DNA of 64,000 nucleotides from an uncultured Alphaproteobacteria bacterium. GTDB lineage: Bacteria > Pseudomonadota > Alphaproteobacteria > HIMB59 > GCA-002718135. The first letter of the stretch is position 1; each line of letters starts with the position of its first letter. The notes under the pieces are model-generated. The model had not been told where the DNA came from and did no database searches. It saw nothing but the letters and a program-made list of their open reading frames with translations. Where the stretch lies: NCBI GenBank assembly GCA_902628835.1, contig CACOPD010000001.1, positions 185,715 through 249,714 on the forward strand. Reading direction: 5' to 3'. Shown here piece by piece: positions 10,632-21,111 of the stretch. Both the position numbers and the translations under genes were made by a program.

Positions 10632-11169
10632 AATGAGTAATAAACGATTTTATTCTCTCTTTTTTATCCATAGTTTTTACACTAAAAGGAAAAATTTCTA
10701 GCATTTTGTCATATACATCAATTGCCTGTTGAAACTGTCCTTGATGAATAAAAATTAGACCCATTCCATCAAGAGCACCGAAGTGTCTTGGTTCTAATTC
10801 AAGTGTTTTAATTATGTCTTGCATTGATTCATCAAAATTACCCATCATAAAGTGAACAGTTGCTCTCTTATTCCAACCCTCTGCAAAATTAGGATCTTCT
10901 TCGATTAAATTATTAAAAAATCTTATTGCAAGTGGATAATTTCTTATATTCATAGCCTGAATACCTTTCTCAAAATATTCAATTACTTTTGGATCATCAA
11001 CTTCGTACCATATATTCCAAATATCAGATATCAAATCTCTTATCTCATCCTGATTTTCAGTCTCATTTAGTTTTTTAAATAAATTATTTAAACGTGGATC
11101 ATTTTGATCAGCTATAGCTATCTTGCTGGCAAATAAAATGCTTATACTGATAATAAATATCTTAAACAT
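10624..11169 (-). CDS. Exported TPR-repeat protein
   Basis: Signal peptide from ATG 11169 (MFKIFIISISILFAS...), TPR motifs AEGWNKRA and LELEPRHFGAL. Confidence 0.85.
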   Translation of the reverse strand: MFKIFIISISILFASKIAIADQNDPRLNNLFKKLNETENQDEIRDLISDIWNIWYEVDDPKVIEYFEKGIQAMNIRNYPLAIRFFNNLIEEDPNFAEGWNKRATVHFMMGNFDESMQDIIKTLELEPRHFGALDGMGLIFIHQGQFQQAIDVYDKMLEIFPFSVKTMDKKERIKSFITHST

Positions 11170-11395
11170 AACTTTCATATTTAAATGATTTTTCAGATAG
11201 ATTTCTTTTCTTTTCATGCTTTCTCGTTCTCCCATTTACTCTAGTTCTCCATAACTTAAATGATCTAGGTTTCAGATTTGTTCTCATTATTTTTATAACC
11301 TCTGATTCGGTTACACCGTGAATTCTTTTTATTTTTTCAAAAGAGGTTTTATCGCACCAGGCTAATTTAATAATATTATCTATATTTTCCTGCAT
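11162..11395 (-). CDS. TIGR03643/DUF2805 family small protein
   Basis: IIKLAWCDKTSFE...EVIKIMR..LKPRSFKLWR.RV pattern. Confidence 0.8.
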   Translation of the reverse strand: MQENIDNIIKLAWCDKTSFEKIKRIHGVTESEVIKIMRTNLKPRSFKLWRTRVNGRTRKHEKKRNLSEKSFKYESYV

Positions 11396-11434
11396 ATTAT
11401 AAATATAGTTCTCTATTAATTAAATTCTAAAAAA

Positions 11435-12058
11435 ATGATTGATTTGTATTCATCACCTTCCCCTAATGGTCGAAAAATTAGCATTATGCTTGAAGAATTA
11501 GGTGTGGATTTTAATCCTATTTTAATAAATTTAGATAAAAAAGAGCAGTTTAGTGAAGAGTTTTCAAAAATATCTCCTGCAAATAAAATTCCTGTAATTG
11601 TGGATAATGATAATAATCAAACAGTATTCGAATCCGGGGCTATTCTTCTTTATCTAGCAAAAAAATATGATAAATTTCTAAATAAAGATAAGTATTGGGA
11701 AATAATACAATGGGTTTTTTTTCAAATGGCATATGTTGGGCCAATGCTAGGCCAGGCTCATCAATATTTATTTTATCATCCTGGTAAAAGCAAATTTGCA
11801 GAAGATAAAACAAAAGGCTATGCACAACATATTTATTCAATTTTGGATAAAAGACTTTCTAAACAGGAGTATTTTTCGGATACCTATTCAATAGCTGATA
11901 TTTCGATTTGGCCTTGGACAGCTCGTTATGAAAGACATCAAATAAATTTGCATGATTATCCAAATGTGTTGAGGTGGTACAAACAAATATCAACCAGACC
12001 TGCAGTTATTAAAGGATATAATTCTGTAGGCGAATTTTATGAAATCCCTAAACCTTAA
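11435..12058 (+). CDS. Glutathione S-transferase (YfcG/Nu-class-like)
   Basis: SPNGRK, KIPVI, FESGAIL, YSIADI. Confidence 0.9.
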   Translation: MIDLYSSPSPNGRKISIMLEELGVDFNPILINLDKKEQFSEEFSKISPANKIPVIVDNDNNQTVFESGAILLYLAKKYDKFLNKDKYWEIIQWVFFQMAYVGPMLGQAHQYLFYHPGKSKFAEDKTKGYAQHIYSILDKRLSKQEYFSDTYSIADISIWPWTARYERHQINLHDYPNVLRWYKQISTRPAVIKGYNSVGEFYEIPKP

Positions 12059-12663
12059 GCGTTGTAAAATAATACTGAGCCTGCGGTTAAAATTAAAAGG
12101 ATTGCTAAAAACCATTCAACAATTTTTTTTAATTTTTCATTATTAAGATATTGCCTGATAACACTTCCTCCATATGCCCATATACTAATGGAAGGAATAT
12201 TAACTACTGTAGACATAATAACCATAAATAGTGTTCCAATTATTATATTTTCATCTTTTGGATAATATAATGTTACTGCAGTTGAACATATTACCCAAGC
12301 TTTTGGATTTACAAATTGAAATAAAATTGCTTCATGATATTTTAATGGTCTTGATCTATCTTCAGTCTTTGAAATATTTAAAGACCCAAACATTTTATAT
12401 GCTAAATAAAGAATGTACCCTGCTCCAACATATCTTAAAATATCATAGAGTATAGGGTAGGTAATAAACAAAGATCCAAGACCTAGACATACAAGTGCTA
12501 GTTGCAAACCATGACCAGAAGGAATACCAAAAATATTAGGTATAGATCTAATAAATCCAAATTTTATACCTGATGCAGTTAAAATACTATTGTTTGGACC
12601 TGGTGTTACGTACATAATAAAATTATACACTGCTAAAGCAGCTATTAATTCCAAGGTAATCAT
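12055..12663 (-). CDS. LysE/RhtB family exporter
   Basis: TPGPNN and FQFVNPKAW motifs. Confidence 0.9.
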   Translation of the reverse strand: MITLELIAALAVYNFIMYVTPGPNNSILTASGIKFGFIRSIPNIFGIPSGHGLQLALVCLGLGSLFITYPILYDILRYVGAGYILYLAYKMFGSLNISKTEDRSRPLKYHEAILFQFVNPKAWVICSTAVTLYYPKDENIIIGTLFMVIMSTVVNIPSISIWAYGGSVIRQYLNNEKLKKIVEWFLAILLILTAGSVLFYNA

Positions 12664-12666
12664 TAT

Positions 12667-13152
12667 TTAATCTCTAAAATTTACAAATTGGACTGGTATA
12701 CCTAACTTAGCATCCTCAACAAGCTTCATTACACTTTGTAAATCATCTTTTTTCTTTCCTTCAACACGAAGTTCATTACCATTGATCTTTACTTGAACTT
12801 TTAATTTAGAGTTTTTGATATCTGAAGTAATTTTTTTACACAAGGATTGCTCAATTCCTTCTACTAATTCATACGTCTGACGAATTTTATTTCCCCCAGC
12901 TCGTTCCATATCATTTTTTTTTAAACATAAAGGATCAACTTTTCTTCTAACAAAATGAGTAACTAGCATGTCATTTACTTGACCAGCTTTCATTTCATCA
13001 TCAGTTATTACAACTATAGTATTTTCTTTTTTTTCTATTGAGGTATCTGAACCTTTGAAGTCATACCTGGTAGTAATTTCTCTTGTCGCATTTCCTAGGG
13101 CGTTATCAATCTCTTGATGATCTAATCTGTTTACAATATCAAAGCTAGGCAT
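12667..13152 (-). CDS. yajQ: YajQ family nucleotide/c-di-GMP-binding protein
   Basis: MPSFDIV start, RYDFKG, GKKKDDLQ, QFVNFRD end. Confidence 0.95.
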   Translation of the reverse strand: MPSFDIVNRLDHQEIDNALGNATREITTRYDFKGSDTSIEKKENTIVVITDDEMKAGQVNDMLVTHFVRRKVDPLCLKKNDMERAGGNKIRQTYELVEGIEQSLCKKITSDIKNSKLKVQVKINGNELRVEGKKKDDLQSVMKLVEDAKLGIPVQFVNFRD

Positions 13153-13156
13153 TAAT

Positions 13157-14119
13157 TTAGTTTATTACATCGTCATTTATATCTGGCAACTCTTTTTTAG
13201 TACTTAATCTTCCTAATTTTTTCATCTTTTCTACTTTTTTAGTCAAACTTCCAGAACCATCTTGCAATCTTTGTTTAGCCTCATCCATTTTTGATTTAGC
13301 TAAATCTAATGACTGATTAGCTTTTACAAATGACTCATATACACTTACTGTTTTATCATAAATATCCGATGCAGCTGATGCTATATCTTTTATTGTTTTA
13401 GATTGTTTATCAACCCGCCACATATTTTCTACAGCTTTAAGTAAAAAGGGTAAAGTAGATGGTCCAACAATAATTATTTTATTGTTCCATGAATCTTCGA
13501 TAAGTTTATTTGCTTCATTATATAAAGTAAGTAATGCTGGTTCTATTGGAACAAACATTAAAACATTATCAATTGTATTAATTCCATATATTTTTGAATA
13601 ATTATCTTTGCTCAAACTTCTAATCGAAGTTTTTGTTGAATCCAAAAATTTTTTCAAAAAAATCTTCTTTTTTTGATTGTCATTTGTATTAGAATAATCA
13701 TGCCAAGAATCTAAGGACACTTTTGAATCTATAATTATGTGTCTATTTCCTGGCATATGAACAATTACATCAGGTTTTTGTAAATTACCATCTTCATCTC
13801 TAAAAGTTTTTTGAGTTGAGTACTCTTCTCCTTCTCTTAAGCCAACACTATCTAAAATATTTTTAAGTACAAATTCTCCCCATGGACCTTGTTGAAGCGC
13901 GCCACCTCTAATTAATGTATTTTCAATTCTATCTTGAGCTAAATTAAAATTTTGTAAAGATTGCTGAATTGATTGCATATGATTTTTTAAAGAAGTAAGA
14001 TCAGTATCATCTTTTATTTCAGAATTTTTTGTTTTGCGAAGAAACAATAAAATTGATAAAAAACCAACCCCAGATAAAAAACCAATAATGAAAACAAATA
14101 TAAGATTTTCAAACATCAC
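13157..14119 (-). CDS. rmuC: DNA recombination protein RmuC
   Basis: QGPWGE, KPDVIVHMP, IIDSKVSL, LMFVPIE, GPSTL. Confidence 0.9.
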   Translation of the reverse strand: MMFENLIFVFIIGFLSGVGFLSILLFLRKTKNSEIKDDTDLTSLKNHMQSIQQSLQNFNLAQDRIENTLIRGGALQQGPWGEFVLKNILDSVGLREGEEYSTQKTFRDEDGNLQKPDVIVHMPGNRHIIIDSKVSLDSWHDYSNTNDNQKKKIFLKKFLDSTKTSIRSLSKDNYSKIYGINTIDNVLMFVPIEPALLTLYNEANKLIEDSWNNKIIIVGPSTLPFLLKAVENMWRVDKQSKTIKDIASAASDIYDKTVSVYESFVKANQSLDLAKSKMDEAKQRLQDGSGSLTKKVEKMKKLGRLSTKKELPDINDDVIN

Positions 14120-14122
14120 AAA

Positions 14123-14539
14123 TTAAACAAGATATAAATATATTATCAAATATCTAGCAATTTTCCCAATAGATACAAATATTAAAAAAAAAGTAATATT
14201 GTATTTTACTGTACCAGCTGCAAATGCGATTGGATCTCCAATAATTGGCACCCATGAAAATAATAATGACCATTTTCCATACTTTTTGAAAATATCTGTA
14301 GCTTTCTCTAATAAATATTTATTTACTGGAAACCAAGGTTTATTAATAAGAAAATTTACAAAGTAACCACATATCCAACTTATTAGAGACCCTAAAATAT
14401 TACCTGCTGAAGCAAATAATAATAATAAAAATGGATTATACTTATTAGATAGTAATAGTGCTGATAAATATGTCTCTGAAGCAAAAGGAAAAAAAGTACC
14501 TAAGGACAAACAAAAAATAAATAATGATAAATAGATCAA
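14123..14539 (-). CDS. YqaA/DedA family membrane protein
   Basis: PFASE, GNILGS, SWVPIIGDP, GKIARY. Confidence 0.9.
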   Translation of the reverse strand: MIYLSLFIFCLSLGTFFPFASETYLSALLLSNKYNPFLLLLFASAGNILGSLISWICGYFVNFLINKPWFPVNKYLLEKATDIFKKYGKWSLLFSWVPIIGDPIAFAAGTVKYNITFFLIFVSIGKIARYLIIYLYLV

Positions 14540-14588
14540 AGTATTTCTTATTGTTAATTTATGTTAATGCTATGTTACTTATCAATTT

Positions 14589-15731
14589 ATGAACGATTTT
14601 CCAAAAGAAGAATTTATTTCCAGAATTGAAAAAATACAAATACATATTGAAAAAGAAAATATTGATGCAATTATTATAACTTCGCCGTCAAATTTTAGAT
14701 ATTTTACTGGACTTGACAGTAATTTTTGGGAAAGTCCTACAAGGCCTTGGTATTTAATTATTTCAAAAAAAAATCCAATAAAAGCTATAATACCATCAAT
14801 TGGTATTACAGCTATGCAAAAAACATTAGTTAATGATATCGAATCTTGGGAGTCTCCAAATCCAAAAGACGAAGGAATATCTTTATTGAAAAAAAACATT
14901 AAAAGTTTTCCCAAAAATTCAAATATTGGTTTTGAATTAGGAAATGAAACTTTTTTGCGAATGAGTATTAACGATTATCAGGATATTCAAAAAAATTTAT
15001 CAGAATATAATTTTGTTGATGTTAGTAAAATACTTTGGAATATAAGAAAAATAAAATCTGAAATAGAGATCAATAATATTAAAGAAATTTGTTCTATTAC
15101 AAGTAAGGTGTTTGATAATTTTTCTGAAAAAATTAATTTAGGAATGAATGAAAAACAAATTGCATCAACATTTAAGAGAGAATTAATTGATAATGGTGCT
15201 GATTATATTCAATACATGGCGTGTGCTTCGGGTCTTAATGGTTATAATCAGATTATATGTAACCCAACAGAAAGGGAAACTAGAGATGGTGATATTCTAA
15301 TTATTGATACTGGTGCAACTTTAAATGGTTATTTTTCAGATTTTGATAGAAATTTTGGTTTTGGAAGAATTCACAAGCAAGCTCTAAATGCATATAATAA
15401 ATTGTGGGAAGCAACTGAGAGAACTTTAGAAATTATAAAACCTGGAACTAGTTGTTCAGAAATATATTCTAAATTATCTCAAAGTTTAACAACTAACAGC
15501 GTATCAGTTGGAAGGATGGGTCATGGTTTAGGCTTACAACTAACTGAGCCGCCAAGTATTATGAAAAATGACAAAACATTACTAGAGAAAAATATGATTA
15601 TAACACTTGAGCCATCAATTGAAATGGACGATGATAAAATATTAGTACAAGAGGAAAATTTATTAGTTACTGAAAATGGTTATAAACTTTTAAGCACTAG
15701 AACTCCTGAAAATTTACCTATTATTAATTAG
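14589..15731 (+). CDS. M24 family (Xaa-Pro peptidase/creatinase-like) hydrolase
   Basis: Creatinase-type N-domain; metal ligands in IDTG...SD, GHGLG, LEP and EEN. Confidence 0.85.
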   Translation: MNDFPKEEFISRIEKIQIHIEKENIDAIIITSPSNFRYFTGLDSNFWESPTRPWYLIISKKNPIKAIIPSIGITAMQKTLVNDIESWESPNPKDEGISLLKKNIKSFPKNSNIGFELGNETFLRMSINDYQDIQKNLSEYNFVDVSKILWNIRKIKSEIEINNIKEICSITSKVFDNFSEKINLGMNEKQIASTFKRELIDNGADYIQYMACASGLNGYNQIICNPTERETRDGDILIIDTGATLNGYFSDFDRNFGFGRIHKQALNAYNKLWEATERTLEIIKPGTSCSEIYSKLSQSLTTNSVSVGRMGHGLGLQLTEPPSIMKNDKTLLEKNMIITLEPSIEMDDDKILVQEENLLVTENGYKLLSTRTPENLPIIN

Positions 15732-17450
15732 TTAAATTATTGATTCAATTTTAGGCATAAGTCTAATTAATTCCTTCGTATATTCATGCTCAGGATTATT
15801 AAATAATTCCTCTGTATCTTTTGTTTCGCAAACAGCACCATTTTTTAATACAATTATTCGGTTACACATTTGGCGAATTACAGGAAGATCATGGCTAATA
15901 AATAACATAGTGAGATGAAGTTCATCCTGTATATCTTTCAACAAGTTTAAAATTTGTGCCTGTATACTAACATCCAATGCAGATGTTGGTTCATCACATA
16001 TTAATAATCTTGGTCTTGTTGCCAAGGCACGAGCAATAGAAATTCTCTGCCTTTGCCCTCCTGAGAATTCATGTGGGTATCGATCTAAAGATTGTCTGGT
16101 CATTCCAACAATATCTATTAGGTCGTAAACATTTTGTAAAAGTTCATTATTGCTAATATTTTTTTGAAAAAATTTAATTGGTTCTGCAATAATATCCTTA
16201 ACTTTGAAACGAGGATTTAGAGATGAGTAAGGATCTTGAAAAATCATTTGAATTTGACCCCTACTATTATGAATTTGATATTTTTTCTTAGAATTATATA
16301 GAGGTTCGTTATTATAAATTAAATCACCTTTGTTGGGACTAATTAATCCAGTAATAATTTTTGCAATAGTTGATTTGCCTGAACCAGACTCTCCAACTAA
16401 TCCAAGTGTCTCACCTTCGAATAATTCAAAAGATACATTGTCGACAGCTTTGACTATTTTATCATTCGAACTTTTATTAGAAATAAATGAAAAACCACTA
16501 CCTAAAGAATTATCATCAAAAATTTTTGTCACTTCCTTAAGTTTTAATAATTTTTGATTTTTATTTTCCCTTATTCCCCAAGTTTTAATAATATTTTTAG
16601 TCAAATCCTTAGAACTAGATGTTATTTCCTTACCATCAGGGCTAATCAATTTAAATCTATCAATTTTCTTATTTGTTGGTGGCACTGAAATTACTAAGCT
16701 TCTTGCTTCTGTTGATTTTGGATTTGTTAATAATTCTTTAGTCTCACCTTGTTCAACAATATGCCCGTATCTCATGACAATAACTTTATCAGTAGTCTCT
16801 GCTATGACTCCCATATCATGGGTAATAATTATAACTCCAAGATTTCTTTTCTTTGTAAGATCTTTGAGAAGTTCTAATATTTGATATTGAATACTTACAT
16901 CTAACGCTGTTGTTGGTTCATCTGCTATTATTAAGTCAGGTTCACAACTTATCGCTAAAGCTATCACAACTCTTTGACGCATACCGCCACTAAATTGGTG
17001 TGGATAGTCCTCAATTCTTTTTTCAGCATTCTCTATCCCAACCTCTTTAAGTAGTTGAATAGATTTTTTAAGTGAATCTTGATAACTTAAATTTAAATGA
17101 GCTTGAATAGTTTCAATTAATTGATCTTTTATTTTAAAAAGAGGGTTTAATGAAGTTTGAGGGTCTTGAAAAACAAATCCTATTTTTTTTCCTCTAATGT
17201 TTTGAATTATTTCTTCGTTACTCCTTAATTCAATATTGTCTATTTTAATTGAGCCATCTGTGATTTCACCTGGAGGATCAATCAAGTTAATTATCGCATT
17301 TGCAATTGTAGATTTTCCAGATCCAGACTCACCAACAATTCCTAATATTTCACCTCTTTCTAAAGAAAATTCTACATTTTTGCTTGCAACAATATTTTCC
17401 TTTCGTGTTGGATAACTTATGTTTAAATCTTTAACTTCTAAAAAACTCAT
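15732..17450 (-). CDS. Peptide/nickel ABC transporter, fused double ATPase
   Basis: Two GESGSGKS Walker A motifs and two PHxFSGG signatures; ATG at 17450 overlaps the upstream TGA. Confidence 0.95.
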   Translation of the reverse strand: MSFLEVKDLNISYPTRKENIVASKNVEFSLERGEILGIVGESGSGKSTIANAIINLIDPPGEITDGSIKIDNIELRSNEEIIQNIRGKKIGFVFQDPQTSLNPLFKIKDQLIETIQAHLNLSYQDSLKKSIQLLKEVGIENAEKRIEDYPHQFSGGMRQRVVIALAISCEPDLIIADEPTTALDVSIQYQILELLKDLTKKRNLGVIIITHDMGVIAETTDKVIVMRYGHIVEQGETKELLTNPKSTEARSLVISVPPTNKKIDRFKLISPDGKEITSSSKDLTKNIIKTWGIRENKNQKLLKLKEVTKIFDDNSLGSGFSFISNKSSNDKIVKAVDNVSFELFEGETLGLVGESGSGKSTIAKIITGLISPNKGDLIYNNEPLYNSKKKYQIHNSRGQIQMIFQDPYSSLNPRFKVKDIIAEPIKFFQKNISNNELLQNVYDLIDIVGMTRQSLDRYPHEFSGGQRQRISIARALATRPRLLICDEPTSALDVSIQAQILNLLKDIQDELHLTMLFISHDLPVIRQMCNRIIVLKNGAVCETKDTEELFNNPEHEYTKELIRLMPKIESII

Positions 17451-18370
17451 CTCTTTTTTAATTTTGGATTTAAAGCATCTCTCATCCAATCCCCTAATAA
17501 ATTAATTGATAGTGCTAAAACAATTAAGAAAATTGCTGGAAAAAAAGTAATCCACCACTCACCTGAAAATAAAAAATTATTTCCAAATCTTATTAGAGTA
17601 CCTAGAGAAGGTGTTGTTGGTGGAACGCCCACACCTAAAAAACTTAAAGTGGACTCTGTAATAATTGCAAGTGCCAATCCAATTGTAGCAATTACTAAGA
17701 TGGGCCGAAGTATATTTGGCAAAATATGCTTAAACATAATTAATATATTTGATAGTCCAATAATTCTTGAAGCTGAGACATACTCTTTGTTTTTTTCTAC
17801 TAAGGTTGAGGCTCTTGATACTCTTGCAAATTGTGGCCATTCGGAAATACCAATGGCAAAAATCAAAACATAAATTGCCATTTCATCATGCATCGATTGT
17901 GAGATTATTGCCCTTGCAATTCCGTCAACAAGTAAAGCCATTAAAATACTTGGAATCGTTAACTGTACATCTGTAAGACGCATTACGATAATCTCATATC
18001 TACCGCCAATATATCCAGCTGTTATTCCAAGGAATACTCCAAGTATCATAGCAAAAATTATAGAAGCAAAACCAACGATAAGAGAAATTCTTGAACCATA
18101 AATCATTGTTGAAAACATGTCTCTACCTTGCTGATCAGTACCCAAAATAAAGCTAAAACTTCCTCCTTCTGACCATACTGGCGGGGTAAAGGCATCCATT
18201 AAAGAAACTGATGCTGGATCAAAAGGATTATAAGGAGCAACTATCCCAGCAAATACAGAACAAAAAAGTATAATAAAAAATATTGTTGAAGAAATTACTG
18301 CTAATTTAGAATTAAAGAAGCTGTATCCAATATCAGTATTATATATTTTATTATACGTTTTAAGTAGCAT
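17447..18370 (-). CDS. Peptide ABC transporter permease (DppC-like)
   Basis: LGTDQQGRD, EYVSAS...HILPN, PSLG. Confidence 0.95.
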   Translation of the reverse strand: MLLKTYNKIYNTDIGYSFFNSKLAVISSTIFFIILFCSVFAGIVAPYNPFDPASVSLMDAFTPPVWSEGGSFSFILGTDQQGRDMFSTMIYGSRISLIVGFASIIFAMILGVFLGITAGYIGGRYEIIVMRLTDVQLTIPSILMALLVDGIARAIISQSMHDEMAIYVLIFAIGISEWPQFARVSRASTLVEKNKEYVSASRIIGLSNILIMFKHILPNILRPILVIATIGLALAIITESTLSFLGVGVPPTTPSLGTLIRFGNNFLFSGEWWITFFPAIFLIVLALSINLLGDWMRDALNPKLKKR

Positions 18371-18372
18371 TT

Positions 18373-19350
18373 CTAACTACCCTCTTCCTTCAACCTAATT
18401 CTAGGATCAATAAAATAGTATGTGATGTCTACAATAAAATTTATCATAACAAATATAAAAGCTACCATGATCATATATGCTGACATAATTGGAATATCGA
18501 CAAAGTATACTGCTTTGATAAACAATGACCCCATGCCAGGCCATTGAAAAACTGTTTCTGTAATAATTGAAAAAGCAATTAACGTTCCGATGTTAATACC
18601 TGTAATAGTAATAACTGGAATTAATCCATTTTTTAGCGCATGCTTGTAATTAATAACACTTCTTTTTATACCTCTTGCTTTTGCAAATTTGATATAATCT
18701 GTTTGTAAAATTTCCATCATTTCAGCACGAACTAATCTAATAACATAAGTCATTTGAAATAAACTTAACGTAACAGATGGGAGTATCAGTGCTTTTAAAC
18801 CAGAAGTAGTTAAAAAACCTGTCGTCCAAAAACCTAATTGTGTGACTTCACCTCTTCCAAAGGATGGAAGAACTCCTAAAATTACTGAAAACAAATAAAT
18901 TAACATTATTCCTATAATGAATGTTGGTAAGGAAACACCAGCTAGAGAAATGACAAGAATAATATTAGAAATAAAACTGTCTCTATGAATACCAGTATAT
19001 ACACCCAAAATAACACCGCTGATGATTGCAATTAAAGCGGAAACAAAAACTAATTCTAAAGTAGCAGGCATTCTTTCTGCAATTAAGTCTGATACTTCTC
19101 TTTTTAATTGATATGATATTCCAAAATCACCTTGAATAACATTGCCTAAAAAACGGGAAAATTGGATATAAACAGGATCGTTTAAACCTAATACTTCTCT
19201 TACTTCAGCTCGTCTTTCATCTGAAGCATCTTCTCCAGTCATGCTATTTACTGGATCACCTACAAAATTAAATAAGGAAAATGAAACAAAAGCAACAACA
19301 ATCATTACAAGAATAGATTGAATGAGTCTTTTAAAGAAATAGCTAAACAT
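18373..19350 (-). CDS. Peptide ABC transporter permease (DppB-like)
   Basis: GDFGIS, DYIKFAKARG, ETVFQWPGMG, IDPRI. Confidence 0.95.
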   Translation of the reverse strand: MFSYFFKRLIQSILVMIVVAFVSFSLFNFVGDPVNSMTGEDASDERRAEVREVLGLNDPVYIQFSRFLGNVIQGDFGISYQLKREVSDLIAERMPATLELVFVSALIAIISGVILGVYTGIHRDSFISNIILVISLAGVSLPTFIIGIMLIYLFSVILGVLPSFGRGEVTQLGFWTTGFLTTSGLKALILPSVTLSLFQMTYVIRLVRAEMMEILQTDYIKFAKARGIKRSVINYKHALKNGLIPVITITGINIGTLIAFSIITETVFQWPGMGSLFIKAVYFVDIPIMSAYMIMVAFIFVMINFIVDITYYFIDPRIRLKEEGS

Positions 19351-19356
19351 GGATTG

Positions 19357-19384
19357 TTTTCTGGCCAGTAAACTGGCCAGAAAA
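19357..19384. terminator. Intergenic GC-rich hairpin between SBP and permease genes
   Basis: TTTTCTGGCCAGT-AA-ACTGGCCAGAAAA perfect inverted repeat; little U-tract on the coding (-) strand, so it may stabilise RNA rather than terminate. Confidence 0.6.
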
Positions 19385-19395
19385 AATAATATTTA

Positions 19396-20970
19396 TTAGT
19401 TTACGTTCGCAAATCTAAATAATGGTTCGTTGTTCATTCTAATTGGAACATCGACATTACTTTTTGATGCTTGGTTAACAACTTGGTGATGCAAAGGAAG
19501 ATATGTTACATCATCTTGAGTAATATCCCAAGCTTCAGCAATCATAGCATTTCTTTTATCTAAATCAGTTTCAACACCCATTGCTGCTACTAACTCATCA
19601 ACTCTAGCGTTACTGAAATTAACTTTATTCCAGCTACCAGCACTATCAAATAAGTATGAGTATACGTAATGACTGTCAAAAGTTGGGACACCCCAACCTA
19701 ACATATACATGTCACTTGTCATACCATTTGCGTCACCTTCTTTAACTTCTGAGAAGTGTTGACTTTTAGTTTTTGCATCGAGAGTTACATCAACTCCAAT
19801 TTTAGCAAACATACCAATTGCAGCAACACAGATTGCTTCATCGTTAATGTAACGATCATTTGGACAATCTAGTGTTACTTCAAATCCATCTGGATAACCA
19901 GCTTCTGCTAATAGTTTTTTTGATAGCTCTGGATCATAAGGCAATCTTTCATCACGTGCAGCTGTATGACCATTTACACCAGGAGCAGTGATAATTCCTG
20001 CAGGAACACTTTGTCCTCTCATTACTTTATCCTTAATAGCTTCCATATCTAAAGCATGGTACATAGCTAAACGAACTCTTTTATCTGCAAAAGGATTTTT
20101 ACCTTTGATATTAGATGAATTTAATTCAGCAGAACCTTGATCCATACCAAAAAATATTGTTCTATTTTGAGGAGTCATTTTTACACCATGTCCAGCAGAA
20201 GATTTGATTCTTTCAATATCTTGAACTGGAACAACGTTTGTGTAGTCAATTTCTCCAGATAGAAGTGCTGCAACTCTTGTTGCATCATTTGCAATAGGAA
20301 GAAGTTCAATAGTATCTACATTGAAAGTGCTATCATCACCCCACCAATCATTATTTTTTTCAAAAACAGTTCTTACGTCCTGTTCTCTAAAAGTAATTTT
20401 GAAAGGCCCAGTTCCATTTGCATTAGAAGCACAATAAGATGTTTCACCTGCATCCCAGTTGTATGAAACTTCACAACCATTTGCTTTTGCCCAATCTTCG
20501 GACATTACAAATATCTGAGTTAGTTGGTTTAAAAGAATTGGGTTTGGTCCATCAGTTACAACTTGAACTGTATGATCATTTAAAGCTGATGCTGATTTAA
20601 TACTTTTAATTAAATCTACCATATCAGATGGAGCAGTTTTTGCTCTATTGATACTAAAAGCAATGTCACTCGCAGTTAAATCTGATCCATCATGGAACTT
20701 TACACCCTTACGAATGTTAAATACCCAAGTATCAGCAGCAGTTGTTTCCCATGACTCAGCAAGCTGAGGAAGTATTTCCATATTTATGCCTGGAGTTACT
20801 AAACCTTCATATACTTGACGTGAAACCATGTGTGTAGGTCCTTCGTTTTGTGCATGTGGATCAAGAGTTAATGAATCACCTGGCATTGACCATTTAATAC
20901 TATTTGCAAATGCTGGTGAAAAAATACCCATGAAAAGCAAAGACAAAACGATGCTTAAAGTCTTTTTCAT
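19396..20970 (-). CDS. Family 5 (peptide/nickel) ABC substrate-binding protein
   Basis: Signal peptide, TLDPH, LAESW, RKGVKFHDG, GTGPF; GGAGG RBS upstream. Confidence 0.95.
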   Translation of the reverse strand: MKKTLSIVLSLLFMGIFSPAFANSIKWSMPGDSLTLDPHAQNEGPTHMVSRQVYEGLVTPGINMEILPQLAESWETTAADTWVFNIRKGVKFHDGSDLTASDIAFSINRAKTAPSDMVDLIKSIKSASALNDHTVQVVTDGPNPILLNQLTQIFVMSEDWAKANGCEVSYNWDAGETSYCASNANGTGPFKITFREQDVRTVFEKNNDWWGDDSTFNVDTIELLPIANDATRVAALLSGEIDYTNVVPVQDIERIKSSAGHGVKMTPQNRTIFFGMDQGSAELNSSNIKGKNPFADKRVRLAMYHALDMEAIKDKVMRGQSVPAGIITAPGVNGHTAARDERLPYDPELSKKLLAEAGYPDGFEVTLDCPNDRYINDEAICVAAIGMFAKIGVDVTLDAKTKSQHFSEVKEGDANGMTSDMYMLGWGVPTFDSHYVYSYLFDSAGSWNKVNFSNARVDELVAAMGVETDLDKRNAMIAEAWDITQDDVTYLPLHHQVVNQASKSNVDVPIRMNNEPLFRFANVN

Positions 20971-21111
20971 ATTATTTCCTCCATAGAAATTTGATGATAG
21001 ACCCTTACTACTTCAATGGAAATATTCAATATTATTAGTATTAATAAGTGCTATATTTTGTCATAATTATTAGTATTATTTAATACCTAACTCTTGAAGG
21101 GGCTTTAAACA

